Source: a virus
IMG/VR virus record: IMGVR_UViG_3300010885_064671
DNA length: 64,000 nucleotides
Direction: 5' to 3' (one strand)
In this document: positions 18,578-27,516 of the stretch, piece by piece
Layout of the letters: every line of letters starts with the position of its first letter
Numbering within the stretch: the stretch's first letter is position 1
Position numbers and translations under genes: made by a program
Notes under the pieces: model-generated
What the model saw: only the letters and a program-made list of their open reading frames with translations
Told to the model about the DNA's origin: nothing
Databases searched by the model: none

Positions 18578-19141
18578 TTATTTTCCTTCCCAGTAGACTA
18601 TGCTCGCTGCATACTCGTTTCTTATATCTTCATAATAAATAATATTAGCTACGCCTAACTCGTTTAAAAATTCAACTGCATCTTTTGCATATTTGCTTAT
18701 AATACAGGTAAAATTTTTAAATTCTTTAGGGTAGTACCTTTTGAATCTTTTAATTTTTGTTTTACTTTTACTATCTAAGTAACCTTTCATCTCTACCCAT
18801 TCGTTTGTTGCGGTAAGATAAAAATCTGGAGTATAACCTTTCACGCCTCTTTTTATTGGAAAAGAAAAAACAGTTGGTTCAAATTCAAATTTGATTTTAT
18901 ATGCGTTAAGTACTCGAACAAAATTTGCTTCCCAATTAGAACGTACGTTAAGATCTATATCTTTTCTATATCCAGTCTTAGTATGCTTGTATGCATTTCC
19001 TGTTCTAGCTGGCCTTTTAATCTCATCTTCAATTATTTCTTCATCAATTTTTTTAATATTAATTTTTTTAAAATTCGGATGTGCTTTTAATTTTGATTTA
19101 GAAAGAAAAAAATCCCTAGACTTGACAACAGTGCTCTCCAT
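18578..19141 (-). CDS. PD-(D/E)XK-type nuclease (DUF1064/TnsA-N-like)
   Basis: GYTPDFYLTATNEWVEMKGYLDSKSKTKIKRF gives a PDF...E-x-K arrangement. Confidence 0.45.
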   Translation of the reverse strand: MESTVVKSRDFFLSKSKLKAHPNFKKINIKKIDEEIIEDEIKRPARTGNAYKHTKTGYRKDIDLNVRSNWEANFVRVLNAYKIKFEFEPTVFSFPIKRGVKGYTPDFYLTATNEWVEMKGYLDSKSKTKIKRFKRYYPKEFKNFTCIISKYAKDAVEFLNELGVANIIYYEDIRNEYAASIVYWEGK

Positions 19142-19187
19142 AGTGTAACCTCTACTCCGTTATATCCGCAAAATTATGTACCAGCCG

Positions 19188-19205
19188 GGTTAGTATAGAC
19201 TAACC
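19188..19205. promoter_or_regulatory. Perfect hairpin/palindrome GGTTAGT-atag-ACTAACC in the divergent intergenic region
   Basis: It lies between the minus-strand start at 19141 and the plus-strand start at 19295, with A/T-rich tataaaat-like elements downstream. Its function is not established. Confidence 0.3.
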
Positions 19206-19294
19206 TTAATACTTATATTATACTCTATATAAAATAAAAAAACAAAACAACTATTAAGTTGCAAAACCACAAAAGAAAAGGTAGTATAACAACT

Positions 19295-19474
19295 ATGACA
19301 AACACAACAACAACAACAACAAGAATCCTATTAGACAGCATGCACCAGGCAGCAAACGAAGGGGCAATTGAGTCATTGATCAATAACTACGGTTATAGTC
19401 AAGAAACAGCCCTTAAGCTTGTAACCGAAATTGACGGCACTGACTTCGAGTTAGACGTTAATTCAGCTTTCTAA
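19295..19474 (+). CDS. Small acidic protein with a poly-Thr N-terminus (the only plus-strand gene)
   Basis: ATG at 19295 (MTNTTTTTTRILLDSMHQAANEG...), preceded by aaaggtag. A terminator follows directly. Confidence 0.45.
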   Translation: MTNTTTTTTRILLDSMHQAANEGAIESLINNYGYSQETALKLVTEIDGTDFELDVNSAF

Positions 19475-19482
19475 TAAACCTT

Positions 19483-19524
19483 AAAAAACCCCCTTCGCCG
19501 ATAGTTGGTGGAGGGGGTTTTTTG
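19483..19524. terminator. Bidirectional rho-independent terminator
   Basis: 11-bp stem cccccttcgcc/ggtggaggggg (2 G-U pairs) with a 7-nt loop. An A6 run lies upstream and a T6 run downstream, between the convergent genes ending at 19474 and 19604. Confidence 0.65.
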
Positions 19525-19603
19525 TATACCCATACTATTAAGATTGCTATAATAGGTAAAAATGGGGAAAAAATTTTTAGGCCCAAAATGGTTTTGGACT
19601 TTT

Positions 19604-20402
19604 TTATGCCCTAGCGTATTTCTTATTTCTAAACACACCAGTACCACACGAACCAGATTTTGCATGGTCGCAATATGAACAGGCCCTAACATTAGGTGTG
19701 GGTGCGAATGATGTATCTTCAATGATATTATTTATTAAAGAAATTAATTTTACCTTAACGTTTTCTATGTCTTCAGGAGTGTACAGGTGGCCTTTTCTTT
19801 TACCTGATCTAAGGTAATGTAGCTCTGCATAAATTTCTTTACCGGGCATTAGTAGCGACATAGCTAGAGCGTAGATCCCCAGCTGCAGATTATCTGCGAT
19901 TCCTTTTTGGCTTACTTCCCACTTGCCGGTTTTATAATCAATAATATTAACTCTATCTCCAACGAGATCTATTCTATCTATATAGCCCCTTATTAGGTAG
20001 TTGCCTATTATAAAATTAAAGCCATATTCTTTACTGTATACATTAAATGTAGTGTCTATATTTTCGTCATAGAATTCATCTATTAAAGTTTTTCCAACAG
20101 ATATTAATTCATCAGATATCTGACTTTTGGGGTCTAATTTGAGCTTGCTTGTAGCATACTCTTCAAGCATTTCCTGATGATCGAGAGCTTTTACGTTGTC
20201 GACCGTAGCCTCTAAGACTGCATGGACTATATTACCGTAGTGTAGCCGCTTCGCCAAATAAACGAGGCTCTTTATTTATATAGGAATAAAAGTACTTAGA
20301 AGGACATTGAGTATAAGTATCTATTCTTGAATATGAAAATTCTGATAGAGTTAATTTTTGTAAATCATTTAAATCTTCTATTGACTTTATTGCTATTCCC
20401 AC
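19604..20402 (-). CDS. Cas4/RecB-like PD-(D/E)XK exonuclease with a C-terminal Cys cluster. Two frames are joined by a +1 shift at CGG 20237..20235.
   Basis: The N-terminal part (GTG 20402) reads ...LSEFSYSRIDTYTQCPSKYFYSYINKEPRLFGEAATL. After the shift it reads GNIVHAVLEATV...IDRIDLV...IIDYKTGKW...CSYCDHAKSGSC. Confidence 0.7.
20235..20237 (-). other. Candidate +1 recoding site (CTA CGG TAA read as CTA c GGT AAT)
   Basis: The CGG is followed directly by a 0-frame TAA. The shift supplies the Gly of the GxxxHxxLE motif. Confidence 0.65.
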
Positions 20403-20576
20403 TTATTCCTCTTCCGGATTATGTTCTTTTACAATTATACCACTTGGGTCATATTCTGTGCCGTGCTCGTCTATTGTGTGACCAGTTTTAATATTAATAT
20501 ATCTATCGTGACCGGCGGATACCCAACCAGTTTCACCTATCTCCATAAAATCATCTTCGATATATGGCCAAGCCAT
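20403..20576 (-). CDS. Small hypothetical protein (57 aa, below the track cutoff)
   Basis: MAWPYIEDDFMEIGETGWVSAGHDRYINIKTGHTIDEHGTEYDPSGIIVKEHNPEEE. GGAGG RBS upstream. Its stop abuts the GTG of the next gene. Confidence 0.4.
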   Translation of the reverse strand: MAWPYIEDDFMEIGETGWVSAGHDRYINIKTGHTIDEHGTEYDPSGIIVKEHNPEEE

Positions 20577-20584
20577 ATTGCCTC

Positions 20585-20806
20585 CTATTTTAATGAAATA
20601 ACAGTACTGTTTATAGAATCTATATTGAAATAGTAATTCAATAAACCATATATATCATGCAACTCCTGTTTAGTTGCATTAAAACCAACTACTCCAGACT
20701 GAAGAAAAAAAGTTTCTTCGTCATCAATTAAAGACTCGTACTCAACAAGTCCTATGTCATTAAGTTTCATTCTTCCATTTTCGTTCTTAATCATATTAGT
20801 CCTCAT
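20585..20806 (-). CDS. Hypothetical protein
   Basis: 73-aa ORF with an ATG start. Confidence 0.45.
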   Translation of the reverse strand: MRTNMIKNENGRMKLNDIGLVEYESLIDDEETFFLQSGVVGFNATKQELHDIYGLLNYYFNIDSINSTVISLK

Positions 20807-21167
20807 CTACTATAGTTATAGGGTTCCAATTTGGATCATTCATTTTTTCTCTCATATCTCTAACATATGAATCCCAATCGTTTTCATCTTGGGATCTTTT
20901 TTCGTACTGCACTTTTGCCTTGAAGGGGTTACTCTTAAACTTAACTATAAAACTTCTTCCACCATTCTTGGGTGTCCAACGCAGATTACCATTTTTGCAA
21001 TCGCAAAAGTCATCATCATTTGATTCGATCATTCCCTTGGGATCAAATCTTCCACTACATCCGTTACACTTTGTATATCTGCCTTTATTTTCACATCTAC
21101 TACATGACGTACAGTAGGACCAACATGGTTTTTGTGAAGGATTTTGGAAGCTTCCAGGTATTGCCAT
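20796..21167 (-). CDS. Cys-rich (zinc-finger-like) protein
   Basis: CWSYCTSCSRCENKGRYTKCNGCSG...FCDC, with multiple CxxC pairs. Confidence 0.5.
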   Translation of the reverse strand: MAIPGSFQNPSQKPCWSYCTSCSRCENKGRYTKCNGCSGRFDPKGMIESNDDDFCDCKNGNLRWTPKNGGRSFIVKFKSNPFKAKVQYEKRSQDENDWDSYVRDMREKMNDPNWNPITIVDED

Positions 21168-24100
21168 TTATATCTCCAGCTCTAGTATTCTATCAATTAA
21201 AGGTGTAATTTTATCTGAACCAAGTATATCAAATTTATATACAAATTTACGATTATTATCTATAATTTCTAAAAAAATTGGTCTATTCCCTTTGTTAACA
21301 GAAACTAAATTATATATATTCTCAAAAGTTGTTTGCGACATATCACCCTTAACTTGGATCACTATTGGTTTTCCACCTGAGAATATTTTTGAATCAATTT
21401 TTTCGGAAGAATTATAAAATAATTTTATTATAGAATTCTCTTCATCGTTTTCCCTATTCAGAAAGGCATTGATGACAAATATGTCACCAGAATTAAAGTA
21501 GTCATCAGATATATCTTTAGCAATCTTGGGGAATATTATAACTTCCATACTAGAACTTATATCTTCTATTTCTAGCTTATACATTTTTTGACCTTTTTTA
21601 GTCATCATTTTTTTATTAGAGACTATAATCCCACCCACCTTAACAGACGTTCCCCCTTGACATTCATCTAGATCAATTATTTCATGGGTAATCTGATTCT
21701 TTAGAATATCCCATATACCAAGAAGTGGATGGTTAGTAACGTAAATGCCTAATTTTTCTCTCTCTTTTTCCAGAACATCTAATTCTATTCTTCTGCTTAT
21801 TTCCATATCTTGCTCAGCCACTAATTCATCTAACGCTCCAGCAAAAGCTAAGTTTTCTAATGTAGACTTTTTTAATATTGTAGGATCGCATCTTCTATAA
21901 AAATCATGCAGAGATATATAGGGTTTATTAATATCTCTAGAATAAACGATTGCATCAGCGATAGACAACCCGATGCCATCTATTGCTGATAAACCAAATA
22001 TAATAGAATCTTTTCCAACTACTTCAAAATCAACACCAGAATAATTAATAGATGGTGGTAGGACTTCAACGCCTATCTTCCTACAGTCAGAAAGATATAC
22101 CGCTTGCTTTTCCTTATTACCAACTACAGAACTCATTAAAGCAGCCATGTACTCAATTGTAAAGTTAGTCTTTAGATAAGCCGTAGTATACGATATCATT
22201 GCGTAGCTCGCAGCATGCGCTCTATTGAATCCATAGCCACCAAAGTATTCAATATCCGAAAATATCTTGTTGGCTAAGCCATCTTCTATTCCGCTATTTA
22301 ATACGCATCCTTGAACAAACTTTTCTCTCATGTTGGCAATTTTTTCCATTAATTTTTTGCCAATAACTTTTCTTAGATCATCAGCTTCTGCCGAAGTAAA
22401 TCCTGCTAGCTCTCTAGAGACAGCCAAAACGTCCTCTTGATATAGCATGATGCCAAGTGATGGGCCAAGAACATTTTCCAATTTAGGATGGTCATATCTC
22501 ACTCTGCTACGACCGTGTTTTCTATCTATGTATTCCCTATCCATCCCGGAACCCATTGGGCCAGGTCTATGGAGCGATATCAATGCCATTATTTCTTCTA
22601 TGCTACGAGGTTGTAGCCCCACCATCATCTGTCTCATGGATGTAGACTCAAGTTGGAACACTCCAGCAGCATTGCCCCTACATAATTCGTCGAATGTTTT
22701 CTCATCATCTAATGGTATTGATTCTATATCTATAATTATATTTCTATTTTTTTCTATCAACTTAAGACAAGAATCTATGACACCAAGATTTCTTAATCCA
22801 AGAAAATCTATTTTCAAAAGACCGCACTGCTCAACCCTACCCATATCCCACTGGGTTACTAGCGGTGCATCAACCCCTTTCTTCATCACTGGAAGATAAT
22901 CAGTTAACGGCCCCTTCGATATAACTACACCCGCTGCGTGGATGCCCGTTTGTCTGACCAAACCCTCTAAACCAAATGCCGTATCCGCAATTAATTTAGA
23001 ATCTGTGCTTTGATTATATTCTGCTTTGAACTCTAAAACATCCATGCATTCAGCTAAACCTTTTGAAATCCCCAGTATAGGTGGAGGAACTAGCTTGGCA
23101 ATTTTGTCACCAGATATAAAATCATAGCCAAGTGCTCTAGCTGCATCGCGCAGAGACTGTCTAGCACCAGTTCTATTGAACGTGCATATGTGTGCTACCT
23201 TATCTTGACCGTACTTTGTGCGAGCATAATCAATAACTCTATCCCTATGTCGATCATCAAAGTCCAAGTCAATGTCTGGCATAGACTTTCTTCCTTCAAC
23301 CAAAAATCTCTCAAACATTAAACCAAATCTAATAGGATCTAAGTTTGTTATTTGAAAAGCATAAGACAGTACGCTGCCAGCAGCAGAACCTCTACCCCAA
23401 CCAACTCTTATGTGATTATCTTTTGCCCATCTTACTAGATCTGAAACGACTAAAAAGTATTCAGAAAATCCCATTTCTTTTACTACTTTTATTTCATGAT
23501 TAGCTCTATCTATTATATTTTGAGGAAGTGGGTTACCATATCTCAACTTGAGCCCATCCCACGCAAGTCTTTCAAAGTATTCTGTAGACGATTCCTTTGT
23601 TGGAATTGGAAAATCTGGGAAATGTATTTCTCCAAAATTTAATTCTAATTCAACCATATCGTTTACATGCATTGTATTTTTTAAATGTTCTTCCGAAAAC
23701 ACAGAAGCCATTTCCTCATATGATTGAAGATAAAATTTATCTTCAGAAAAAGAAAATCTATTTGGAGTATTAACATTTGAGTTAGTAGCTACACAAAGCA
23801 TTATGTCATGCGACTTTGCATCATGCTGATGAACGTAATGGCAATCTCCAGACGGTACTACCTTTGCTCCGATAGTATTTGCTATCTTTATTAAGTCAGG
23901 TATAATAGCCAATTGTTCTTCTATGCCATGGTTCATTATCTCTATAAAATAGTTTTCCTTACCGACTATCTGCTGCATAGTAGCAGCATGCTTTAATGCC
24001 GTGCTGTAATCGTTTCTAAGCAGTGCTTGGGATACTTCCCCGTTTAGACACCCAGAAAGCACTATAATGCCCTCTGAATGCTGAGAGATTAAATCATGAT

Positions 24101-24491
24101 CAATTCTAGGTTTTACATAGTAGCCATCGGTAAAAGCTTCAGACGACATCTTTATTATATTATGATACCCAATTTTATTTTTAGCCAATATAGTTATATG
24201 ATATGGACCTCTTTGCTCCCATTCATTTTTTGATGGGCCTGATCTTTCCTCTTCGTCTCTATCAAACCTACTTTTTCTTGCTTGATACATCTCCGAACCA
24301 AGGATGGGCTTTACTCCAGCAGCTACTCCCGCATCATAAAAGTCTAACCACGAATGTATATTGCCATGATCGGTAGTTGCTATACCCATCATCCCCAAAG
24401 ACTTAGCCCTATCAAGGTATTGCTCTACGCGGCCATGCCCATCGAGCATTGAAAAAACAGTATGGTTATGTAGGTTCGTCCAATTCTTCAT
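21168..24491 (-). CDS. dnaE: DNA polymerase III alpha subunit (DnaE-type, with N-terminal PHP domain)
   Basis: 1107 aa. NLHNHTVFSMLDGHG (PHP), GWGRGSAAGSVLSYAFQITNLDP, DIDLDF, GLLKIDFLGLRNL, FNRAHAASYAMISY. Confidence 0.9.
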   Translation of the reverse strand: MKNWTNLHNHTVFSMLDGHGRVEQYLDRAKSLGMMGIATTDHGNIHSWLDFYDAGVAAGVKPILGSEMYQARKSRFDRDEEERSGPSKNEWEQRGPYHITILAKNKIGYHNIIKMSSEAFTDGYYVKPRIDHDLISQHSEGIIVLSGCLNGEVSQALLRNDYSTALKHAATMQQIVGKENYFIEIMNHGIEEQLAIIPDLIKIANTIGAKVVPSGDCHYVHQHDAKSHDIMLCVATNSNVNTPNRFSFSEDKFYLQSYEEMASVFSEEHLKNTMHVNDMVELELNFGEIHFPDFPIPTKESSTEYFERLAWDGLKLRYGNPLPQNIIDRANHEIKVVKEMGFSEYFLVVSDLVRWAKDNHIRVGWGRGSAAGSVLSYAFQITNLDPIRFGLMFERFLVEGRKSMPDIDLDFDDRHRDRVIDYARTKYGQDKVAHICTFNRTGARQSLRDAARALGYDFISGDKIAKLVPPPILGISKGLAECMDVLEFKAEYNQSTDSKLIADTAFGLEGLVRQTGIHAAGVVISKGPLTDYLPVMKKGVDAPLVTQWDMGRVEQCGLLKIDFLGLRNLGVIDSCLKLIEKNRNIIIDIESIPLDDEKTFDELCRGNAAGVFQLESTSMRQMMVGLQPRSIEEIMALISLHRPGPMGSGMDREYIDRKHGRSRVRYDHPKLENVLGPSLGIMLYQEDVLAVSRELAGFTSAEADDLRKVIGKKLMEKIANMREKFVQGCVLNSGIEDGLANKIFSDIEYFGGYGFNRAHAASYAMISYTTAYLKTNFTIEYMAALMSSVVGNKEKQAVYLSDCRKIGVEVLPPSINYSGVDFEVVGKDSIIFGLSAIDGIGLSIADAIVYSRDINKPYISLHDFYRRCDPTILKKSTLENLAFAGALDELVAEQDMEISRRIELDVLEKEREKLGIYVTNHPLLGIWDILKNQITHEIIDLDECQGGTSVKVGGIIVSNKKMMTKKGQKMYKLEIEDISSSMEVIIFPKIAKDISDDYFNSGDIFVINAFLNRENDEENSIIKLFYNSSEKIDSKIFSGGKPIVIQVKGDMSQTTFENIYNLVSVNKGNRPIFLEIIDNNRKFVYKFDILGSDKITPLIDRILELEI

Positions 24492-24500
24492 TGTATTAAA

Positions 24501-24707
24501 TTAATTAATTCCTCTTCCGGTATCTGAGTCATTAAGAGATTGATCTCTGATCTCCCTGTAAACAATGACGACTACTCCGCCACAATACTTGCATGGTACA
24601 GATTTTCCATCCTGTGCGAATGGACTATTGTACATATAGTGCATTGGTTGATCAGACTTACACTCAGTGCACACCCCTATAACATCATCTTCATCTTGAA
24701 CTGGCAT
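24501..24707 (-). CDS. Small zinc-ribbon protein
   Basis: CTECKSD...CKYCGG. Confidence 0.45.
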   Translation of the reverse strand: MPVQDEDDVIGVCTECKSDQPMHYMYNSPFAQDGKSVPCKYCGGVVVIVYREIRDQSLNDSDTGRGIN

Positions 24708-25899
24708 TTTTATTTTCTCCTTTTGTTTTATAGGCGAATCTTATGGGCGAAGGAGATAACTCCTCACTACTTTCTACGTACTTATTTCCAACTGTAATCC
24801 ATTTCTTTTTTTTGTCTAAATGACAATCTCCACATCCTACACCAACTGAATTGGCTCTATCACAAGTGTAGGGCCTACCACCTATCCCTAGCTGTCTTCT
24901 CTTTATCCAGTCATTTATGTGACTAGTTGATTTATCGTAATTAAAGTCATCACATACACTTAGTATACTATAAAGAAACTTTATCGACTCTTCATTATAG
25001 GTAAGTATAGAACATAAAAACAGTCTTGCCTCATGTTCAAGATGTCTTTTTTCCTTTGCTTGTTCAACAAGTCGGAGAACTGCACTGCAGCTTTTTAGTA
25101 AGACCTTAGGTGTAAATTCTTTTTCTGTTGGAGCTAGCTCCTTAAAGGCTGATGATCCATGTTTATTAAAGTGGCTCAAAAAATCAGAAGGTTTACCCTT
25201 ATCTAGCTCCATATCATAAGTGAATTGCCTAAACCATTCATTTGCTTTAAGGTTAAAAGATTGCTCTTCAACTTCGTTATCTTGAATTTGTTCACAATAT
25301 TTTTTTATAGATTCAAAATCAGTATATAATATATTTCTAGGTATTAAATTTTTATAAAGACCAGTTTCCTGGTGCATGCTGCCAGGTAATCTCCACATTC
25401 TTCTTGGATCATACACGCTAAAATCTATCGACTCTATGCCCAAATCCGCTTTTAATTTGGTAGCTATATATCTAAATATATTTGGGAGTGCGTTAGAAGG
25501 ATTAATCCCCAGGGCTAGTGCTTCACACTCTATGTGAAAGCCCTTCTTGCCAGTGAAATATATCAGTAAAGAGCACTCTGGTATATACTGTATCAAATAA
25601 TCATATAGCACCATACACTCTTGATAAGACTTGCTGGGATCAACGTTGTCTAAATCAAAATACAGGGAACCTAATCTGATAGTGCTTTCAATATCCTTGG
25701 AATTATAATGCCAAATAGAAGTATACAAACCATTATTTTTATGCTGCTTTCTATAATTTTCTATATCAAAAATTGATATTAGCTTTGGGTCGTCACCCTC
25801 TTTATCCCTTATGATTCTAGATAAAGACGGCACGTACCTAGCAGTCTCCACTAACTGCCATGCATTTATATATTTATCTTTTTCTTTTGGTATTTTCAT
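24691..25899 (-). CDS. Archaeo-eukaryotic-type (AEP) DNA primase / prim-pol-like protein
   Basis: LYFDLDNVD (DxD), FTGKKGFHIE (sGxGxH), WRLPGSMHQETGL, and a C-terminal Cys cluster CDRANSVGVGCGDCH. Confidence 0.7.
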   Translation of the reverse strand: MKIPKEKDKYINAWQLVETARYVPSLSRIIRDKEGDDPKLISIFDIENYRKQHKNNGLYTSIWHYNSKDIESTIRLGSLYFDLDNVDPSKSYQECMVLYDYLIQYIPECSLLIYFTGKKGFHIECEALALGINPSNALPNIFRYIATKLKADLGIESIDFSVYDPRRMWRLPGSMHQETGLYKNLIPRNILYTDFESIKKYCEQIQDNEVEEQSFNLKANEWFRQFTYDMELDKGKPSDFLSHFNKHGSSAFKELAPTEKEFTPKVLLKSCSAVLRLVEQAKEKRHLEHEARLFLCSILTYNEESIKFLYSILSVCDDFNYDKSTSHINDWIKRRQLGIGGRPYTCDRANSVGVGCGDCHLDKKKKWITVGNKYVESSEELSPSPIRFAYKTKGENKNASSR

Positions 25900-26063
25900 A
25901 GTATCTTTTTTTTATATTCGACATCGTTAATACTGCCTATAACTTGTCTAGTGGATATATCTATGCTTTTGCTATTGTTCCTATAGTATACGGATTCTTG
26001 TATTATCTTTTCTATATTCTTTATAAGAAAATATCTTTTTTTAATTCTCTGTTCTAGGTCCAT
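25896..26063 (-). CDS. Small hypothetical protein (55 aa)
   Basis: ATG at 26063 overlapping the 3' end of the HD gene. Its stop overlaps the primase ATG (ATGA). No similarity recognised. Confidence 0.3.
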   Translation of the reverse strand: MDLEQRIKKRYFLIKNIEKIIQESVYYRNNSKSIDISTRQVIGSINDVEYKKKIL

Positions 26064-26730
26064 CTATTTTCCATTTCGGATTTATCAAATCACTATCCTG
26101 AATAATTAGATGTATTTTAGATGCAATATTATCAGATAGATGAACTATATAATCCAGATATGTTATAGGGTAGGTTTCTGGTATTGGAGACCAAGGACCC
26201 AAGTGACATCTTACTAACCTTAGAATGGATTGGACTATCTCTTCAGATAAAAAAAGTGTAGAAGATTCTGCTTCACTAGCAAACTTTTTGTCTTTTTCCT
26301 GGCATGAAGCTATAAACTTGCCAACCGTATAAGGATGCATGGGATCATAGCATGGATTATCTGATCCATTGGTATCTATACCCTTACAAAGGTCATGTAT
26401 GAGACACGCAGCGATAACTATATCCTTTTCTTCCTGTGTTAAAGAATAGGATTCACACATGTGCGAGGCTATACGCACAACTCTTTTAGTATGGATTACG
26501 TTACCGCCTACACCATGCTCATCACCCGGATGATACTTCCCAGAAAAGCTAGATGGTATCTTCCAAAATATCTCACTGCGCATTAATATAGATCTAATAA
26601 ATGATTTTATTGATTCATCTATAATCATATTTATTTCTGCCAACAAGGGATAAAGTATCTCATTTTCCTTACCAAGTGAAGGAGGATTTTCCTCTTGGAT
26701 TAAGATGTCATCTAGTATACTTTTTTTCAT
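26041..26730 (-). CDS. HD-domain metal-dependent phosphohydrolase
   Basis: NVIHTKRVVRIASHM...AACLIHDLCKG (H...HD motif). Confidence 0.7.
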   Translation of the reverse strand: MKKSILDDILIQEENPPSLGKENEILYPLLAEINMIIDESIKSFIRSILMRSEIFWKIPSSFSGKYHPGDEHGVGGNVIHTKRVVRIASHMCESYSLTQEEKDIVIAACLIHDLCKGIDTNGSDNPCYDPMHPYTVGKFIASCQEKDKKFASEAESSTLFLSEEIVQSILRLVRCHLGPWSPIPETYPITYLDYIVHLSDNIASKIHLIIQDSDLINPKWKIDGPRTEN

Positions 26731-26733
26731 TTT

Positions 26734-27516
26734 TTAAATTTCCTTTTTCCATTCGTTCCAATTAGAACATGGCTCATCAAACGGACACTTCTTACAGTAC
26801 GATATTAAGCCGCGTTTTGGTACTAGTATATCTGTTTTTTCTATCTTATCACACCAGTAATCGAAATAGTTAAGATCTTCATCTCTTAATTGGAATTCAT
26901 TAAAACCGATATCCTGGCTTAGTGGGTCAATAAATCCAAATCGAGCATTATGGAATCTTTCTGGGTGTCTGTTGAGATAAGCTTGATATAGTGTGCAGAA
27001 ATCTGTTCTATATAAATCTCTGTTACTAAATTTATAATTAAATATAAACTTTGTAATTAAGTATTTCTTGTTATGAAGAAATATAATATCAAATTTGTCC
27101 TCTATGTTCAGCTTACCCTTAGGCAGGTTGTAGTCTTCGCTTATTGCCACAGGTATATACGGAGAGTCCGCATACATTTCATGGAATAGAAGAAGAATAC
27201 CTGCAGCTTTTGCTGTCAAGCTAGCTGTATTGCCGTATGCGGTTTCGTGTTGCTCCGTAACTATGTCATAAGAATTTGTATTTTTTGGAAACCAATTCTT
27301 CTCCCACCTATTAAGCAGAGAAGCATACGATGGTATTATCCCTCCTTGTTTCTTGAAAAAGAAGAAGCACATTATACCGCGGATTGTAGACTCAAACTTT
27401 TGGGTATGAATATCTCTAGCATAAATTTTTTCTGGTATATTTTGCTTGTGCCTATAATCGTAGAGTCTTTCACACATTTGAAAATCTTTAATTGAATTTA
27501 CAGATATATTTCCCAT
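26734..27516 (-). CDS. Cas4-like/PD-(D/E)XK-family nuclease candidate with a four-Cys arrangement
   Basis: N-terminal FQMCERLYDYRH and C-terminal CKKCPFDEPC. The core nuclease motifs are not clear. Confidence 0.45.
   Translation of the reverse strand: MGNISVNSIKDFQMCERLYDYRHKQNIPEKIYARDIHTQKFESTIRGIMCFFFFKKQGGIIPSYASLLNRWEKNWFPKNTNSYDIVTEQHETAYGNTASLTAKAAGILLLFHEMYADSPYIPVAISEDYNLPKGKLNIEDKFDIIFLHNKKYLITKFIFNYKFSNRDLYRTDFCTLYQAYLNRHPERFHNARFGFIDPLSQDIGFNEFQLRDEDLNYFDYWCDKIEKTDILVPKRGLISYCKKCPFDEPCSNWNEWKKEI

Noticed and set aside
19471-19722. An 83-aa minus-strand ORF spanning the terminator and the 3' end of the Cas4-like gene
   Set aside because: It overlaps the better-supported 19604..20402 gene in another frame and runs through the bidirectional terminator hairpin. 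Its sequence is featureless.
22447-22899. A 150-aa plus-strand ORF antisense to dnaE, and similar shadow ORFs (35624..35992, 36224..36499, 43678..44049, 45806..46147, 58397..58681, 59917..60303 and others)
   Set aside because: Each lies wholly inside a strongly supported minus-strand gene, with no motifs and no start context. These are typical shadow ORFs.
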